DNA from: a virus
Lineage: Duplodnaviria; Caudoviricetes
Length of the DNA: 64,000 nucleotides
IMG/VR virus record: IMGVR_UViG_3300008110_007313
Strand: one strand, 5' to 3'
Of this stretch, positions 62,473 to 64,000 are shown one piece after another (position 1 is the first letter of the stretch; every line of letters starts with the position of its first letter). Made by a program: the position numbers and the translations under genes. Under the pieces are notes generated by a model. It did no database searches. It saw only the letters and a program-made list of their open reading frames with translations, and was not told the DNA's origin.

Positions 62473-63841
62473 TGGGAACAAAAATCATGGATTGGTGTAA
62501 ACTAACGCCTGTGTCAATTTTATTGCAAATTGTTGCAAACTGTTCTTGATCAGATTCATTTAGTACATTATACAATCTTTGATTGTACTTTGTAAAGTCC
62601 ATTTTTGTTTTTTGATCAAAATATGCGGTATGATTAAGATATTTTTTCCAGAGTTGATCATTGTCAGGTGCTGTATCTAGTTCGCCAATGGTAGTCACAA
62701 TAAAATTATAAATGCCGCGCATTTGATCTGGCCATTGTTTGAAAATTCTATGATCTAAACACTGTTGTAGCTTTTTGGCCAATTCAGGTCTATACCGTTG
62801 TGGCAGGGCCTGTACATCAAGATGTTCAGTCTGATCTACTAAATTGGCAGCATAATTATGAAATACAAAACCACGCTGTTCGTACCAGTTGCACCAGTAA
62901 TTCAACCAGTCATCAATGTAGAATATGTTGTTGAGACTAAACACAGGACTCACTGCACATTTCCAAATGGGACGCATTACCTTGCGACCCTTTACAATGG
63001 TCATTTGATTTTTGTAACTGATCAAGGTATCTAGATTTCGTTCAATTTTTTCAAATCGTGCAGGCCAACGAATGTAGCTGTAGTTTTCTCCCACCGAGTC
63101 TATGCTGAGCAGAATATCCACACTTTTGAAACGGCTTAACAATTCCATTAGTTCATCTCTGGGGTTCACTGTCATGGCAGTAGTCAGTCTGAGATTGATT
63201 TTTTCAGCGATGCCTTGCTCGCACATCCAACTCAATAACTTGGTCATGCCCGGCTGAATCAGTGTTTCGCCACCAATGAAATGCACAAAAAAATGTTGAT
63301 ACCTGTTGTGTTTTTGCATGATAGCATTGGTTATAAAATCCCAATGCTGCTCGCTGTCGCTGATGTCAGTTTCAAAAAATTCATTGACTACGTTGTTGGT
63401 AATTCTAGCAAAGGTACTGCTTTCAAAAGGACTACAACTACGACAACTGAGATTACACAAATTACTGAATTTGATTCTAACTTCGAACTCTGCTACCTGT
63501 TTGCTCTTGATAAAATGTCCCAGCCGATCCTGCGGCATTTCAACAAAGCTGCGCAGTCGTTCACTTTGTCCACCATTGGTTTCTTCTTTAAGACAGTGCC
63601 TGCAAGCATCGGGCCATTGACCCTGTGCTTGTTGTTGCTTAATTTCAACAAAAGGATCTGAACCTTTGCTGGGCACAAACAATGCCGCATCTAGATTGCA
63701 ACAGCAGGTCTGAAATATTTGATTTTTTGAAAACTCGCTGTGACGAATGTCAAGTGTGACATAGGGTGCTGGGCACAGTGCAGGATGTTCTTGCGCCCAG
63801 GCCATGCGTTTGTGCAAGGCCTGTTGAATGATATCACTCAT
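62459..63841 (-). CDS. radical SAM enzyme with N-terminal SPASM/twitch-like Cys domain
   Basis: CPAPY-TCCC-CRHC; [12 protein letters not shown]; FIGGET; SIDSVG-YIRWP. Confidence 0.88.
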   Translation of the reverse strand: MSDIIQQALHKRMAWAQEHPALCPAPYVTLDIRHSEFSKNQIFQTCCCNLDAALFVPSKGSDPFVEIKQQQAQGQWPDACRHCLKEETNGGQSERLRSFVEMPQDRLGHFIKSKQVAEFEVRIKFSNLCNLSCRSCSPFESSTFARITNNVVNEFFETDISDSEQHWDFITNAIMQKHNRYQHFFVHFIGGETLIQPGMTKLLSWMCEQGIAEKINLRLTTAMTVNPRDELMELLSRFKSVDILLSIDSVGENYSYIRWPARFEKIERNLDTLISYKNQMTIVKGRKVMRPIWKCAVSPVFSLNNIFYIDDWLNYWCNWYEQRGFVFHNYAANLVDQTEHLDVQALPQRYRPELAKKLQQCLDHRIFKQWPDQMRGIYNFIVTTIGELDTAPDNDQLWKKYLNHTAYFDQKTKMDFTKYNQRLYNVLNESDQEQFATICNKIDTGVSLHQSMIFVPNVQS

Positions 63842-63999
63842 ACCCTAAAACTTTCCCCACAACCGCAGCGGTCACGCTCATTGGGATTTCGAAATTCAAA
63901 TCCTTCGTTCAGTCCGTTGCGCACAAAATCAATTTCTGTGCCTTGTACATAAGCACAACTTTTTGGATCTATAAAAACTTTGCAGTCAAGACATTCAAC
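63838..63999 (-). CDS. iscA: IscA/HesB Fe-S cluster assembly protein (3' part, truncated by window edge)
   Basis: Manual translation [45 protein letters not shown]. Confidence 0.92.
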   Translation of the reverse strand, partial: VECLDCKVFIDPKSCAYVQGTEIDFVRNGLNEGFEFRNPNERDRCGCGESFRV

Positions 64000-64000
64000 A

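Noticed and set aside
1-64000. Alternative genetic code (stop codon reassignment)
   Set aside because: Long conserved genes (nrdA, nrdB, clpX, ligase) are uninterrupted under code 11 and end with coupled TAA/TGA stops.
1-64000. Prophage or bacterial chromosome origin given the many host-like genes
   Set aside because: No integrase, rRNA or housekeeping operons; host-like genes are interspersed with phage ORFs, PAAR/tail genes and T4-like late boxes.

Overview
This 64-kb window looks like part of a large lytic, T4-like (myovirus) dsDNA phage genome, about 90% coded on the - strand. The host is probably a Burkholderiales-type betaproteobacterium; this is inferred from sigma70-type promoters, DUF3563-like, PGDYG-like and phasin-like genes, and a PhaR-type box. 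Core or replication genes are nrdA/nrdB, glutaredoxin, ATP-dependent DNA ligase, a PD-(D/E)XK exonuclease, UvsE, PAAR and baseplate/tail proteins. Host-like auxiliary genes include two ClpP, ClpX, ClpS, Hsp20, ribosomal protein bS21, an ArfA-like peptide, NadE, IscA, three radical SAM enzymes, an amidinotransferase/Ugd/glycosyltransferase cluster, a PRMT-like methyltransferase, a minimal malonyl-CoA-decarboxylase-like GNAT, a PBP7-like peptidase and a SleB-like hydrolase. An AT-rich nuclease-helicase-methylase cassette sits at about 9.3-13.3 kb. Small genes are arranged as cassettes behind near-identical TTGACC-N17-TATAAT promoter repeats, and TAAATA boxes precede putative late genes. Several genes carry internal deletions (nrdA, ugd, an HExxH peptidase, two small ORFs), which are either real lesions or assembly artefacts. 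No tRNA, rRNA, CRISPR array or integrase was seen. All family calls come from motif recognition by eye, not from database searches.
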